DNA of 64,000 nt, taken from contig OY771587.1 in assembly GCA_963674825.1 (NCBI GenBank), positions 1,408,001 through 1,472,000 on the forward strand. The letters run 5' to 3'. The DNA comes from Candidatus Cloacimonadales bacterium (GTDB lineage: Bacteria; Cloacimonadota; Cloacimonadia; Cloacimonadales; JAIOQZ01). Position 1 is the stretch's first letter. Each line of letters begins with the position of its first letter. The notes below the pieces were generated by a model that had not been told where the DNA came from, made no database searches, and saw only the letters and a program-made list of their open reading frames with translations. This document shows positions 41,323 to 56,365 of the stretch, piece by piece. The position numbers and the translations under genes were made by a program.

Positions 41323-42588
41323 ATGCGATTCGAACTGCCTTACGGAGATCGTACCTATCCCATCGAAATCGATGAAGGAAACGTCCTGGATGTTCTCCAA
41401 CTGCACGAACTCCCGGTGATAGAGAATCCCGAAGAAGCACTGCTGGAGAGCTTTGAGCATCCATCCGGTTGCGATTCACTCCGAACGCTGCTCAAGCAGA
41501 AGCCAATCGAAAGCCTGGTAATCGTGGTTACCGATCACACCCGCGGATGCCCCTACCCGGTGATCCTTCCCCCGTTGATCGAGACCATCATCGATAGCGG
41601 TGTGAAGCCGGAGGCGATCGAGTTCCTCATCGCAAACGGAACCCACCCCACGATGACTATCGAGCAAAAGCGAAAACAATACGGTTCCGCGGTGGTGGAG
41701 AGCTTCCCATTCACCTGTAACGACTGCCGTGCTGATGATCTCGTCTACATGGGCGATCTGGCCGGTAAGAATCCTTTTTTCATGAACAAACTCGCCTATG
41801 ATGCCGATTTCCTCATTACCACCGGTGTGATCAACACTCACTACATGGCTGGTTTTTCCGGTGGGCGCAAGAGCATCCTGCCCGGCGTAAGCGGCTACGA
41901 AACTATCCGTACAAATCACAGCATGGTGCTAAACAGAAGAGTCGATCTGGCGCGTCTGGACGACAACCCCATCCATCTGCAGATGAGCGAAGCCGCCACC
42001 CTGGCGGATGTCGATTTCAACCTCAACGTGATTCTCGACGACCACAAGCGCATCGTGAAGATATTCTCCGGTGATATCCATGCATCCTTCATCGACGGCG
42101 CTCGCTTTATGCGCGATCACTACAGCGTCCCCTGCGACGGCCTTGCCGATGTGATTGTTATAACACCTGGAGGGCAACCCAAGGATCGCACCCTGTTCCA
42201 CACGCAGAAATGCCTCAACAACGCTTTCCCCATGCTGAAGGCCGGCGGCACGGTGGTGGTGTTCAGTCCCTGCAACGAAGGCGTAGGATCCGACGAGATG
42301 GTGCGCTTTCTACGCTCGGTGGATAATCCTCTGAAGCTACTTGAGATCCCACCGCAGGAGATCACCGTCGGCGGACACCGCGCCGTGGCAACCGCGAAGC
42401 TGATGGAAAAAGGGGATATCATTCTCTTCACCGATATGCCACAAGAAGAGGTCGAAGCCCTGCACTTCAAATACGCTGACAACTGGCAAACGATTCTCGA
42501 TGGACTCAAAGCGAAGTATGGAAACGATGTGAAGATACGCGTCATCCCGAACGGAAACCAGTTTTACGGAGAGCTGCATGAGGCGTAG
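41323..42588 (+). CDS. larA: Nickel-pincer lactate racemase family (LarA homolog)
   Basis: DHTR, ANGTH, HYMAGFSGGRKSILPG, NPIH..M.E, GG.PKD. Confidence 0.8.
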   Translation: MRFELPYGDRTYPIEIDEGNVLDVLQLHELPVIENPEEALLESFEHPSGCDSLRTLLKQKPIESLVIVVTDHTRGCPYPVILPPLIETIIDSGVKPEAIEFLIANGTHPTMTIEQKRKQYGSAVVESFPFTCNDCRADDLVYMGDLAGKNPFFMNKLAYDADFLITTGVINTHYMAGFSGGRKSILPGVSGYETIRTNHSMVLNRRVDLARLDDNPIHLQMSEAATLADVDFNLNVILDDHKRIVKIFSGDIHASFIDGARFMRDHYSVPCDGLADVIVITPGGQPKDRTLFHTQKCLNNAFPMLKAGGTVVVFSPCNEGVGSDEMVRFLRSVDNPLKLLEIPPQEITVGGHRAVATAKLMEKGDIILFTDMPQEEVEALHFKYADNWQTILDGLKAKYGNDVKIRVIPNGNQFYGELHEA

Positions 42589-43201
42589 CCTGATGTTGTG
42601 GATCGAGTTCGGTATCATCTTCGTGATGCTGCCGATTCTGGCATGGATGAATCTCTTCAAGTTCCCGAAGTTCTTCCTGCTTTTCGCGGTTCTGGTCTAT
42701 TGCATCTTGATGCTGATCACCGACAAATCGTTCGATCGCAGCAAATTCTGGAACAGGCGCGGTTTCAAGATACGACTCATTCTGCCCAAAATCGTCATTG
42801 TTACTCTTTTTCTCGCGGCTTACACCATCGTGTTTGAGCGCGAATTTCTCTTCTGGATTCCCAAGCACAATCTGAGGTTGTGGGTTGTGATCATGGTGCT
42901 CTATCCCATCCTGTCGGCCTATCCGCAAGAGCTGATCTACCGTACTTACTTCTTCGAACGCTATCGCCGCATTTTCGGTAAGTACCTGGATATCCTGAGT
43001 ATAGTAGCGTTCTGTTTTCTGCATATTATCTACGATAACTGGATCGCGTTGGTGTTTTCTTTTGCCGGGGGTTACATGTTTACCCGGACGTACCGTAAAT
43101 CAGGCTCACTGGCCTTGACTGCGTTCGAGCACGCGATCTACGGCGCGCTTGTCTTCACGCTGGGATTGGGAAAGTACTTCTACGAGCACTGGGGAGCGTG
43201 A
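42578..43201 (+). CDS. CPBP (CAAX/Abi) family intramembrane protease-like protein
   Basis: Multi-TM, QELIYR, F..LH, EHAIYG. Confidence 0.75.
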   Translation: MRRSLMLWIEFGIIFVMLPILAWMNLFKFPKFFLLFAVLVYCILMLITDKSFDRSKFWNRRGFKIRLILPKIVIVTLFLAAYTIVFEREFLFWIPKHNLRLWVVIMVLYPILSAYPQELIYRTYFFERYRRIFGKYLDILSIVAFCFLHIIYDNWIALVFSFAGGYMFTRTYRKSGSLALTAFEHAIYGALVFTLGLGKYFYEHWGA

Positions 43202-43268
43202 TGCGGAAAAACTTGCCCGATAAGCATGCTCCGATTAGACTGTCAGATAAAATAAACAAGGATATACT

Positions 43269-44075
43269 ATGTTCACACAACCTGTAGGGGTTGCTCTTCT
43301 ACTTACCATTTTTGCAGGACTTTCCACTGGTATCGGAAGCGCGATAGCGTTTTTCAGCAAAAGGACCAACGAGTCGTTTCTTTCGGTCGCGTTGGGATTT
43401 TCAGCCGGTGTGATGCTCTATGTTTCGTTTGTTGAGATTTTCCAGAAATCGCGTGCTGCATTAAGCTGTGATTTCTCGGCGAAAGGAGCCTATTGGCTTA
43501 CAGTCGCTGGATTCTTCGGCGGCATGCTGCTGGTCGCAATGATCGACAAGCTTGTACCCGATTTCGAGAACCCGCATGAGACGCGCCATGTGGAGGATAT
43601 AAATCCCGAGCAGAAAAAGAAGCAGAAGCTTCTGCGCATGGGATTCCTCTCAGCCCTGGCTATCGCGATTCACAACTTCCCGGAAGGCCTCGCGACCTTC
43701 ACCGCCGCCCTGGCCGATCCCACGCTTGGTATCACGATCGCCGTCGCGATCGCGATCCACAACATTCCAGAGGGTATCGCTGTTTCAGTACCGCTCTATT
43801 ACGCTACCGGCAGCAAAAAGAAGGCGTTCTTCTGGTCGTTCATGTCCGGACTGGCCGAGCCTGTAGGTGCAATTATTGGCTACCTGCTTCTAATGCGGTT
43901 CATGAACAATCTGATGTTCGGCTTGATCTTCTCGTCCGTGGCGGGTATCATGGTATTTATCTCGTTAGATCAGCTTCTTCCGACAGCGGAGGAATACGGC
44001 AAGCACCATCTGGCTATTTACGGTCTGGTTGGAGGGATGGCGCTGATGGCGATAAGTCTTCTGCTTTTTGCGTAG
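43269..44075 (+). CDS. zupT: ZIP family zinc transporter
   Basis: [34 protein letters not shown]. Confidence 0.92.
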   Translation: MFTQPVGVALLLTIFAGLSTGIGSAIAFFSKRTNESFLSVALGFSAGVMLYVSFVEIFQKSRAALSCDFSAKGAYWLTVAGFFGGMLLVAMIDKLVPDFENPHETRHVEDINPEQKKKQKLLRMGFLSALAIAIHNFPEGLATFTAALADPTLGITIAVAIAIHNIPEGIAVSVPLYYATGSKKKAFFWSFMSGLAEPVGAIIGYLLLMRFMNNLMFGLIFSSVAGIMVFISLDQLLPTAEEYGKHHLAIYGLVGGMALMAISLLLFA

Positions 44076-45315
44076 GTTCCCTGAATTCGATTTCGAGCGG
44101 ATAGGCTTGCCGGAGAATAATCTGATCGTGCGTGAAAACCGTTTCCGCGCCGATCACACGTCGTCCGCCGGCAATCGATTCGATAAAGCGGAACAGGTTA
44201 CGCCCTGATTGGGTAGGCTTCCTTGTCTCGCAGGCGTCCAGAAAGATCACACCGTCATCTGGCATTAGCGAGAAAGCCTCTTCCAACTCGACATCCGTCG
44301 GATCGATATCCATCTTTTCGTAGTAGTTCAGATTCGAGATAATCTCTTTTCTGCTATCCAGCGTCAGCGATTCCGAACTTCCGTGGCCGCAGATGGCCAG
44401 TAGATCGATCGTACCCGTCTCTTCGATGAGCTGCTTGATCTGCATTTCGTTGTGGATGATTTCCACGCGTGTGTCGTAGGCCTTCCATATCTCGTTGTAG
44501 AGTTTCACAGCTGCATCCGATGTGAATTCACCGTTGAAATCGCTTACTGCGAACAAAAAGAGCGAGTTGGGTCGATCAGTATCCGCGAATTCACGGAGGT
44601 TCTCGACCGGAACTTTCCAGCGATAATAGCGCAGAACGTCCTCAAAGGACCGGGTCTTTTCGGCGCAAGCTTTCGCATATTCAACGGTTCCGCCCTCAAG
44701 AATGTAGTCGATGAGATAAAACGGAGCGTTCATCTTGATCTCGAGAAATGGTTCGATCTGATCTGCGGTGATTCTGTTTTCGACGAGTTTGAGAAGGATC
44801 ATTCCACGTAGATGGTATTCATGCTGCCGGAAAAGGTGGTACATCTGGCCTGCATAGAGCGTGTCGCCACCAGCTTCGATGTAATGGAGCAATTCAGGCC
44901 CGGAGAAGAGAGTAGAGTCCAGCCCGGCATAAAACTCGACTTCCTTTGTTGTCACATCCAGCGCATGTAATTTCGCGATCTGATAGCCTTGTAATCGTCG
45001 TTCGTACCGGTACCGTACTCCTGCAAGCTTCTCGGCATATCGAACGGTTCCGCCACTTTGCAGGAACCACTCGACAACCGAAGGCTTGAAGAGGCTTTCG
45101 CCCCGATCGTTTTTCATCGAGAGGAGAGAATCGATGGTCCCGAAATCCGCGCCCGTGGAGCGTAACGCATCGATTTCTCGTCTTCTGAGCATGTCTTTGC
45201 CGTCTTTGGTCTTGAGGCTTTGCAACTTTTCGGTTGTGGATAGCCTTTGTCGTGGCGTACGTGCACATCCAGAGATCAAAATCAACGCGAAAAGGAACGA
45301 TACGAATCTTCTCAT
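44014..45315 (-). CDS. Hypothetical lipoprotein with helical repeats and a putative clan-CD (His-Cys) peptidase-like domain
   Basis: Lipobox ISGC; three GG(T/D)xxYA repeats; LLAICGHGS and IFLDAC motifs. 3' end overlaps zupT by 62 nt. Confidence 0.6.
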   Translation of the reverse strand: MRRFVSFLFALILISGCARTPRQRLSTTEKLQSLKTKDGKDMLRRREIDALRSTGADFGTIDSLLSMKNDRGESLFKPSVVEWFLQSGGTVRYAEKLAGVRYRYERRLQGYQIAKLHALDVTTKEVEFYAGLDSTLFSGPELLHYIEAGGDTLYAGQMYHLFRQHEYHLRGMILLKLVENRITADQIEPFLEIKMNAPFYLIDYILEGGTVEYAKACAEKTRSFEDVLRYYRWKVPVENLREFADTDRPNSLFLFAVSDFNGEFTSDAAVKLYNEIWKAYDTRVEIIHNEMQIKQLIEETGTIDLLAICGHGSSESLTLDSRKEIISNLNYYEKMDIDPTDVELEEAFSLMPDDGVIFLDACETRKPTQSGRNLFRFIESIAGGRRVIGAETVFTHDQIILRQAYPLEIEFREPTQKAEDLSPSAPSLQPDRK

Positions 45316-45316
45316 G

Positions 45317-45742
45317 TCAACTGAAAGTCAGTACGAATATACCGCCTACGGTCATGCAGATGCCGATGATTTTCTTGAGAGTGACCGCTTCGCCACTGAA
45401 GAGGATACCCATGATAGCGCCGAAGAGCGGCGAGGTGAAAGCAATGGGCATGACCTTGCCGAGCGGTGCGCCTTTTATCGCGATGTAGAAGCAGAGCATA
45501 CCGGCAGCACCTGCGGCGACACCGCCACCAATAGCCATGTAAAGCAATGCTTTGGTTCCGGCGTATTGTAGAGTCTTCCATTGCGGGAAACTCACCGTTC
45601 CCAGAATCAGAAGCGCGATAAATGTACGAATGGTTATTCCCATCTGAGGTGAGAGGTTGCCCATGTGCAGGCCTTTTTTTTCGAAATATCCGCCGACACC
45701 CCAGAAAAAGGCTGTTAGCAGTGCGAACATTTGAGCTTTCAT
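45317..45742 (-). CDS. EamA/DMT family small transporter
   Basis: FWGVG..FEK.GL, V.PI..TSP, GEAVTLKKIIG. Confidence 0.85.
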   Translation of the reverse strand: MKAQMFALLTAFFWGVGGYFEKKGLHMGNLSPQMGITIRTFIALLILGTVSFPQWKTLQYAGTKALLYMAIGGGVAAGAAGMLCFYIAIKGAPLGKVMPIAFTSPLFGAIMGILFSGEAVTLKKIIGICMTVGGIFVLTFS

Positions 45743-45753
45743 TATTTATCCTT

Positions 45754-46875
45754 TCATGATGTTGTCTTTTTGAAGCAGACGTTTCGCGCACTGAGGTATT
45801 GCATAATCAGTTCGAAATGCTGCTTGCCGAGGTATTCCGGCGGACAGATTCCCACGCGACTGAATTTTTCTTCCAGAACCAGCGTTGCGGCTGCGGTACA
45901 GGTGTAGCCTGTGGTACGGGACATTGATGAAAAGCCGGTCTTCGGGTCCATCTGATCGAGCAGATCATAGGTGATCGTCGTGCCATCGTCTTTGCCTTTG
46001 CCTTCCAGGATGATGCGCATGATGGTGTAGTCGATCTCGCCTGGTTCGAGTTTCCAGGCGTCAAAGAGTAGCTTCGCGGTCATGTCGATGGGAGAAATCC
46101 AGTTGTTGTTTACGCGCACCTCTTCTTTCTTGAAAAAGCCGCTTTCACGCAAGATACGCATTAATTCGATATGACCAGGATAGCGCATGGTCTTTTCGAG
46201 CATATCGGGGACGTCCATGGTCTTGATGAGGGTACGAAGGCCATCGGTGTTGAAGGCTTCGAGTGTGCCGAGTTCTGGAAAATCGATCAACTCCGGTTCG
46301 GAGAGCGCAGGTTTCGCTATAACAACGCTGTCTTGCACGATACGTGCTGGACGCGTGTATTCTTCAAGTACATCGATGGGTGAGAATGGAGCTTTGTATT
46401 GCCAGGGAAGCGTGCGAACCTTGGGAAGTCCGCCTACATAGCAGGTGAAGCTACCGACATCCATTTTCGAAGCGTGATGCCCCAGGATGATGTTGCTCAT
46501 GCCAGGTGCGATTCCGCAATCAACGATCGCGATCACACCATTTTCCATTGCAAGCTCGTCCAGAAGAAACGGATCCTGCTCAAAAAAGCTGATATCCACC
46601 ACATTTCTACCGGCTTCGATGATGCGTTCGAGCGTTTTATAGCCCATGTATCCCGGTACAGCGTTTATTACCAGATCGCAGTCGCGAATCGCGTCTTGAA
46701 GCAATTGTTCGACACTCAGATCGGCGATAGTCGTCTCAACTGAGTATTTCGCTTCAAGCTTCTGTAGCACTGCGGGAGCATGATCATAAACATGAACCTG
46801 GTATCGTGTGGAAAGATCAGCAGCGATTGCGCTACCTACCATGCCACATCCGAGAACAGTCACTTTCTTCTTCAT
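45754..46875 (-). CDS. Saccharopine dehydrogenase / lysine 6-dehydrogenase family oxidoreductase
   Basis: VLGCGMVG, DCGIAPGMSN, YVGGLP, EEYTRP, LEAFNTDGL, KTMRYPGH. GGAGG RBS. Confidence 0.85.
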   Translation of the reverse strand: MKKKVTVLGCGMVGSAIAADLSTRYQVHVYDHAPAVLQKLEAKYSVETTIADLSVEQLLQDAIRDCDLVINAVPGYMGYKTLERIIEAGRNVVDISFFEQDPFLLDELAMENGVIAIVDCGIAPGMSNIILGHHASKMDVGSFTCYVGGLPKVRTLPWQYKAPFSPIDVLEEYTRPARIVQDSVVIAKPALSEPELIDFPELGTLEAFNTDGLRTLIKTMDVPDMLEKTMRYPGHIELMRILRESGFFKKEEVRVNNNWISPIDMTAKLLFDAWKLEPGEIDYTIMRIILEGKGKDDGTTITYDLLDQMDPKTGFSSMSRTTGYTCTAAATLVLEEKFSRVGICPPEYLGKQHFELIMQYLSARNVCFKKTTS

Positions 46876-47045
46876 ATTGCCTCCAAACCGTCGAATATCC
46901 ATGTAATATGGGGGCTGTCTTTCGATGTCAAGAAATTCGAGATTCTACGACAAAGGATCATCATTATAACATTCAGCTTCTTTTTCGTGTAATAGAAAAA
47001 CCTTGAGCAACGTTATACGAGAGAAATGACAATGTGGAGGTCAAT

Positions 47046-48461
47046 ATGAAAAGAGTCATCATCATTTCAATGCTGCTGACCGCGCTGGCACTGTCCGCGC
47101 TGCCACTGACCGAGGACGGAAAGTCGCCCTTTGTCGATGTGGTTAAGAACATACGTGAGTCAGTCGTGCACATCAAGGTCGAATCGGAGTATCAGGTCAA
47201 TTTCCGAAATCCCGCTTTCGAGGATTTCTTCCGGTTCTATTATCCTCAAATGCCACAAACTCGGAAATCGACGCAGTTTGGAAGCGGTTTCATCTTCAGA
47301 CGAGATGGAAACGATCTATACATCATGACCAATAATCACGTCGTGGGAAGCAATGAAAAGGCAGAAATCACCGTCACGCTTGCGGACAAAGCAAAGTTTG
47401 ACGCTGAAGTGGTTGGCCGCGACCCCAACACAGATCTGGCAGTGATCAAGATCAGCGTCGATAAGGATGAGATCGTGCCCATTGCACCGTTGGGCAATTC
47501 AGCGGAAATGGAAGTGGGCGACTGGGCTATCGCGATCGGTAATCCGTTCGGCGAACTTGGACTGGAACGCACGGTCACGGTTGGTGTCATCTCCGCGAAA
47601 GGACGCTCTAATCTCAATTTTGGCAACGAATCACCCATATATCAAGATTACATTCAAACCGACGCCGCCATCAACCCCGGCAACAGTGGTGGTCCCCTGT
47701 TGAACATCAAAGGTGAGGTAATCGGCGTTAACGCGGCGATCACCAGTCCCGCTGGTGGCAATGTGGGTATTGGCTTCGCGATCCCGGTTGATATTGCGAA
47801 AAAAGTCTCCAGCGATCTCATGAACGAAGGCCATGTTGTGCGTGCTTATCTCGGTATCGTACCGCAGGAAGTAACACCCGAGTTGAAAGAGAGCCTCAGT
47901 CTTGACGACATCGCGGGAGTTCTGGTCGCACGTGTCGCAGATGATACTCCTGCAGAAAAAGCTGGCCTGAAAAAAGGCGATGTAATTACTGAAATTGATG
48001 ACGAACCTATCAACTCCGTTTCGCAATTCCGGCTATTCGTCGCAAATCAAACGCCTGGAGAAAAGGTAAAAATGCGCATAATTCGCAAGGGTAAGCCAAT
48101 TGTTTATTACCCGATGCTTGAGGAATTCCCAGAAGAGGAAGAAAAAGAGGAATCTGAAGAGAAGCGCGATGAGAAAGATCTTGGCATTCAAGTTATGTCG
48201 CTGGACGACGAACGCGCATATCGCTTCAAAACCGAAGCTGAAAACGGCGTTATCATTACTCAGGTTGAAGCCGATTCTCCCGCTGCAGACGCTGGTTTAC
48301 AGCGTGGAGATGTGATTCTCGAAGTGAACTACAGTGCTGTCGAGAACGCGAAAGATTTTAAGAAGAAAATCGACGATGCCATGGGTCATGGAAATACGGT
48401 GCTGCTCTACGTTCTCTCACAGAACCGCTACTACCGCTACGTGGCTGTCGAGATTGATTAA
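47046..48461 (+). CDS. degP: Do/DegP family periplasmic serine protease with two PDZ domains
   Basis: GSGFI, TNNHV, DLAVIK, QTDAAINPGNSGGPL, two PDZ domains. Confidence 0.92.
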   Translation: MKRVIIISMLLTALALSALPLTEDGKSPFVDVVKNIRESVVHIKVESEYQVNFRNPAFEDFFRFYYPQMPQTRKSTQFGSGFIFRRDGNDLYIMTNNHVVGSNEKAEITVTLADKAKFDAEVVGRDPNTDLAVIKISVDKDEIVPIAPLGNSAEMEVGDWAIAIGNPFGELGLERTVTVGVISAKGRSNLNFGNESPIYQDYIQTDAAINPGNSGGPLLNIKGEVIGVNAAITSPAGGNVGIGFAIPVDIAKKVSSDLMNEGHVVRAYLGIVPQEVTPELKESLSLDDIAGVLVARVADDTPAEKAGLKKGDVITEIDDEPINSVSQFRLFVANQTPGEKVKMRIIRKGKPIVYYPMLEEFPEEEEKEESEEKRDEKDLGIQVMSLDDERAYRFKTEAENGVIITQVEADSPAADAGLQRGDVILEVNYSAVENAKDFKKKIDDAMGHGNTVLLYVLSQNRYYRYVAVEID

Positions 48462-48486
48462 TATCTAATCACCAACCAAACTCAAT

Positions 48487-48531
48487 CGGTGCCATCCTGG
48501 CTTGGCCAAAGTAACAGGATGGCACCGTTTT
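48487..48531 (+). terminator. Terminator after degP
   Basis: 13-bp stem CGGTGCCATCCTG/CAGGATGGCACCG followed by TTTT. Confidence 0.75.
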
Positions 48532-48562
48532 CATTACAATCCTGTTGATTCCCCTTCCTCAT

Positions 48563-48585
48563 GGAGCGCGGACGTCCCGTCCGCA
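48563..48585. repeat. Isolated REP-like palindrome
   Basis: GGAGC-GCGGACG-TCC-CGTCCGC: tetranucleotide plus GC-rich hairpin, the usual REP layout. Only one copy seen in the window. Confidence 0.35.
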
Positions 48586-48909
48586 TCTTATCCTTCGTAT
48601 CCTCCTCCCAGCATCGGCGCTCAAGCACATCGTGCGAGGCCGAGCAGGCGTGTTCATCCACTTCGGAGACGTGGTGATACACGTCGTGGCGAAGGGATCG
48701 TGCGATGAGGTCAGGTGGCAGGCATAAGCAAGCGTGGATCTCTGGTGCTGCAAACGATTCTGGGGATCAAGTTCGATAAGGGGTGCGTGATATTGGATGA
48801 GCAATGATGCGAAGTGGTATTCATGTGTGACAGGGGTTTCTATACCCTGTTCTTTAGCATGGGCATGGAATGAGGTGCTTTGTATATAAGAAAAACCCCA
48901 GGGTATGAG

Positions 48910-49025
48910 AGTGGCGGCGACCTACTCTCCCACTTCGTTGCCAAAGCAGTACCATCGGCGCTGGTGAGCTTAACGGCTGTGTTCGGGATGGGAACAGGTG
49001 TAACCTCACCGCCAGAGCCACCACA
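48910..49025 (-). rRNA. rrf: 5S rRNA
   Basis: CCCATCCCGAACAC, GATGGTACT and GGGAGAGTAGGTCGCCG on the minus strand; enclosed by a CCCCAGGGTATGAG/CTCATACCCTGGGG stem. Ends approximate. Confidence 0.95.
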
Positions 49026-49107
49026 CTCATACCCTGGGGGTACAAGAATTAGATGTGAAGGAATGAAGTGTTTGTCCGAGTATATCGGAAGGTAAAGAGA
49101 AAGAAAA

Positions 49108-52006
<2,899 letters not shown>

Positions 52007-52140
52007 AAATTCATCATACGTATATATACTACATACACATACGCATGCGGAAAAGTATCCTTTCTTCTTTACTTCTTCTTTCAGTACTCTTTTAAACACT
52101 CCATTCCACATCTATAAAACTTTTAATGAACTAAAATTCC

Positions 52141-52216
52141 TGGTGGAGGATAGCGGATTCGAACCGCTGACCTCCGCCTTGCAAGGGCGGCGCTCTCCCA
52201 ACTAAGCTAATCCCCC
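52141..52216 (-). tRNA. tRNA-Ala(TGC)
   Basis: GGGGGATTAGCTTAGTTGGGAGAGCGCCGCCC-TTGCAAG-GCGGAGGTCAGCGGTTCGAATCCGCTATCCTCCACCA. Confidence 0.97.
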
Positions 52217-52223
52217 GATAAAG

Positions 52224-52300
<77 letters not shown>

Positions 52301-52385
52301 TCACTCAACAAAGTTTATTAAAGTGAAGTGTGTAAAGAACAGCGAAACAACTCTATCAAACATAACCGTACATTGTTTCTCCCTT

Positions 52386-53936
<1,551 letters not shown>

Positions 53937-54058
53937 AAAAGCTTGTCATGCTCAATATCACTGTCTCGCAAGTTCTTTACACTTCACTTCTATTCTTATT
54001 TCGTTTCAAAGATCACTCTCTGTCCCCACCGTCGCTCTCTGCGTCAGTAGGTTCGGTC

Positions 54059-54222
54059 ACTTTCCATATTCGATGTTTTCGTGTCAAGACTTTTTTCGAA
54101 GTTTTTTTTCCGAAGAAAATCACTCTCAACTCTCCAACACCAAATCTAACCTGTAAGGACCTACCCACCCAGGCCATGCCCAAGTGGAGCGCTAACATCT
54201 GTATTCGGTGTTTTCGTGTCAA
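54059..54222 (-). promoter_or_regulatory. Tandem rrn P1/P2 promoters
   Basis: Two near-identical 21-mers TTGACACGAAAACA(C/T)CGAATA, 135 bp apart (-35 at 54217-54222 and 54082-54087), each preceded by A tracts. Confidence 0.75.
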
Positions 54223-54359
54223 TAGATTTTCTGGAAAAATATCGGCTTATTAGCTATATCTATTCGGAACAGATTGAAAATAAAGAGAGATACGTTTTGA
54301 AGAAAAATCGCTCATTATGCGCTTTCAGGTGATTTCAGCCGACAGACACCGGATTCGGG

Positions 54360-56195
54360 TCAAGTTTTTGGGAGGGTGAAAATGAAGTCGCTGCCCTTGC
54401 CAACGATACTTTCGACGTGGATTTGACCGCCGTTTTTCTCAATAAATTCCTTACAAACGATGAGTCCGAGGCCGGTACCGGTCTCGCAGGCGGTGCCCTT
54501 GGTGGTCAAATGAGAGTCGATCCGGAATAGCTTCTTGAGATTTTCAGACTCGATTCCCACACCTTGATCGGATACTTTGACTCGAAGATGGTCATCCATC
54601 TCTTCGGCACTGACGACTACCTTACTATCCTTATAGGAGAATTTGACCGCATTCGTAACCAGATTTCGCAGGACCGTCATGATCATATTCTCGTCCACAT
54701 GAGCTTCGAGATTCTCCGGAACCGAGACCACGATCTCTATACCTTTATACGACGCGACAGCTTCCAGGTGCTTCATGGCGTTTTCCACGATCTGGATCAA
54801 AGAGACCTTGATCGGCTTGAACTGCATCTTTCCGGTCTGGGAACCCGACCACTGCATCAGGTTGTCGAAGAGCTCGGTGATGGATTTGATCTCATTATTC
54901 ATGATGGATACGAGCTTCTTGATCTTATCCGGTTCGAACTGGTCAAGCTGCATAGAGAGGTATTCCACGGACATGAGTAATGAGTTGAGCGGGTTTTTCA
55001 CATCATGTGCAATTATCGTGAAAAATTTGTCTTTGGTGGCGTTAGCTTCGGCCAGCTCGATGTTCTTGAGGCGGAAGATTTCCGCTTCGCGAACGCGTTT
55101 ATCCGTTTCGAAACGAGCCTGGATATCCGCGATCTGCTTGTTATAAGCTTCTTTATAGAGATCGATCTGCAAGTCCTCAAACTTCTGGCTGTGTTCAATA
55201 CAAGTACGGTATTTCTCGGCAGCCTGCAGATATTCGCCAGAATCCATCAGGGTATCGCCAATCGCTTTGAAGAGGTCGGCCATGCACTGGTGGGTTTGGC
55301 GCTGAAGGTCTTTGGCTTCAGTCTCAATCGCGAGATTGAGTCCGAGCGTCAATGCTTCGAGCGCTTTATCGAAATCCTTGAGCTCAAGATAAGTCTGACC
55401 GATATTACTATAGGAATTCGAAATCGATTTCTGATCGCCGATCTCCTTCTTCAGCACAAGCGAATCAAAGAAGTACTGGAGTGCCTTCTTTTTATAACCC
55501 ATACTGGAATAGATGATGCCGATATTATTGATGACCGACGCGATGCCTCGTTTATTCCCGATATCCTCCTGGATCTTCAGAGAGCGCTGGTAGAATTTCA
55601 GTGCTTTGTCGTATTCGCCTTTTTTCTGATAGATAATGCCGATGTTATTACTGACATTGGCAATTCCCTTTTCGTCACCGGAAGACTCAATGAGATGCAG
55701 CGAGTTCATAAAGTACTCGAGCGCTTTTTCGTTATTGCCCGTAGCAATATATCCTCTTCCGATGCTGTTCGAAACATGCGCGATCGAGTTCTTGTCGTCG
55801 AGATCTTCAAGGATGCGCAACGAGCGGAAGTAGTAATCGAGCGCTTTACTGAATTCGCCAAGCTTGTAGTGGATGTTTCCGATCTGCTGCAAAACTTCTG
55901 CTTTGACCGAGAGCTCCCCGGATTCCTCTATATATAGTAGACTCTGCTGGTAATATTCGAGGGATTCGGTGTTGTGCTGGAAGTTGCTATGAAGTTTGCC
56001 GAGTTCAATCAAAGCCTGTGTCTTGCCATGCTGATCATGGTATCGATCAGCCAGATCGAGTGCACGGGTAGCGTATTCGATACTCCGTGTTTCAGATTGC
56101 GGAAAATAGGAGTTGGCAATTTGTAGATACAGTTCGACCTGTCTGGCAGGTGGTGCAATCGTCGCTTGTTTGATGAGTTCTTCGGTTTCGTCCAT
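54360..56195 (-). CDS. TPR-containing cytoplasmic sensor histidine kinase
   Basis: TPR array; H box IIAHDVKNP, N box RNLVTNAVKFS, DQGVG, GTGLGL, GKGS.F. Confidence 0.92.
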   Translation of the reverse strand: MDETEELIKQATIAPPARQVELYLQIANSYFPQSETRSIEYATRALDLADRYHDQHGKTQALIELGKLHSNFQHNTESLEYYQQSLLYIEESGELSVKAEVLQQIGNIHYKLGEFSKALDYYFRSLRILEDLDDKNSIAHVSNSIGRGYIATGNNEKALEYFMNSLHLIESSGDEKGIANVSNNIGIIYQKKGEYDKALKFYQRSLKIQEDIGNKRGIASVINNIGIIYSSMGYKKKALQYFFDSLVLKKEIGDQKSISNSYSNIGQTYLELKDFDKALEALTLGLNLAIETEAKDLQRQTHQCMADLFKAIGDTLMDSGEYLQAAEKYRTCIEHSQKFEDLQIDLYKEAYNKQIADIQARFETDKRVREAEIFRLKNIELAEANATKDKFFTIIAHDVKNPLNSLLMSVEYLSMQLDQFEPDKIKKLVSIMNNEIKSITELFDNLMQWSGSQTGKMQFKPIKVSLIQIVENAMKHLEAVASYKGIEIVVSVPENLEAHVDENMIMTVLRNLVTNAVKFSYKDSKVVVSAEEMDDHLRVKVSDQGVGIESENLKKLFRIDSHLTTKGTACETGTGLGLIVCKEFIEKNGGQIHVESIVGKGSDFIFTLPKT

Positions 56196-56365
56196 GACAT
56201 TTACCTTTCCCACAATACTCAATGCAGGGAACTAAAATTGGCCTTGAAGCGTTATTAGTGCAAGCTTTTTTTATATGAAGGAAGAAGAGAATCAATACCC
56301 AAAAGCGTGAATTGCATTCATGAATTGCACTTAGTTAGAGATAAGAGCCGCTATATTACAGAACT

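Noticed and set aside
43202..43268. Zur/MntR operator upstream of zupT
   Set aside because: No convincing palindrome was found.
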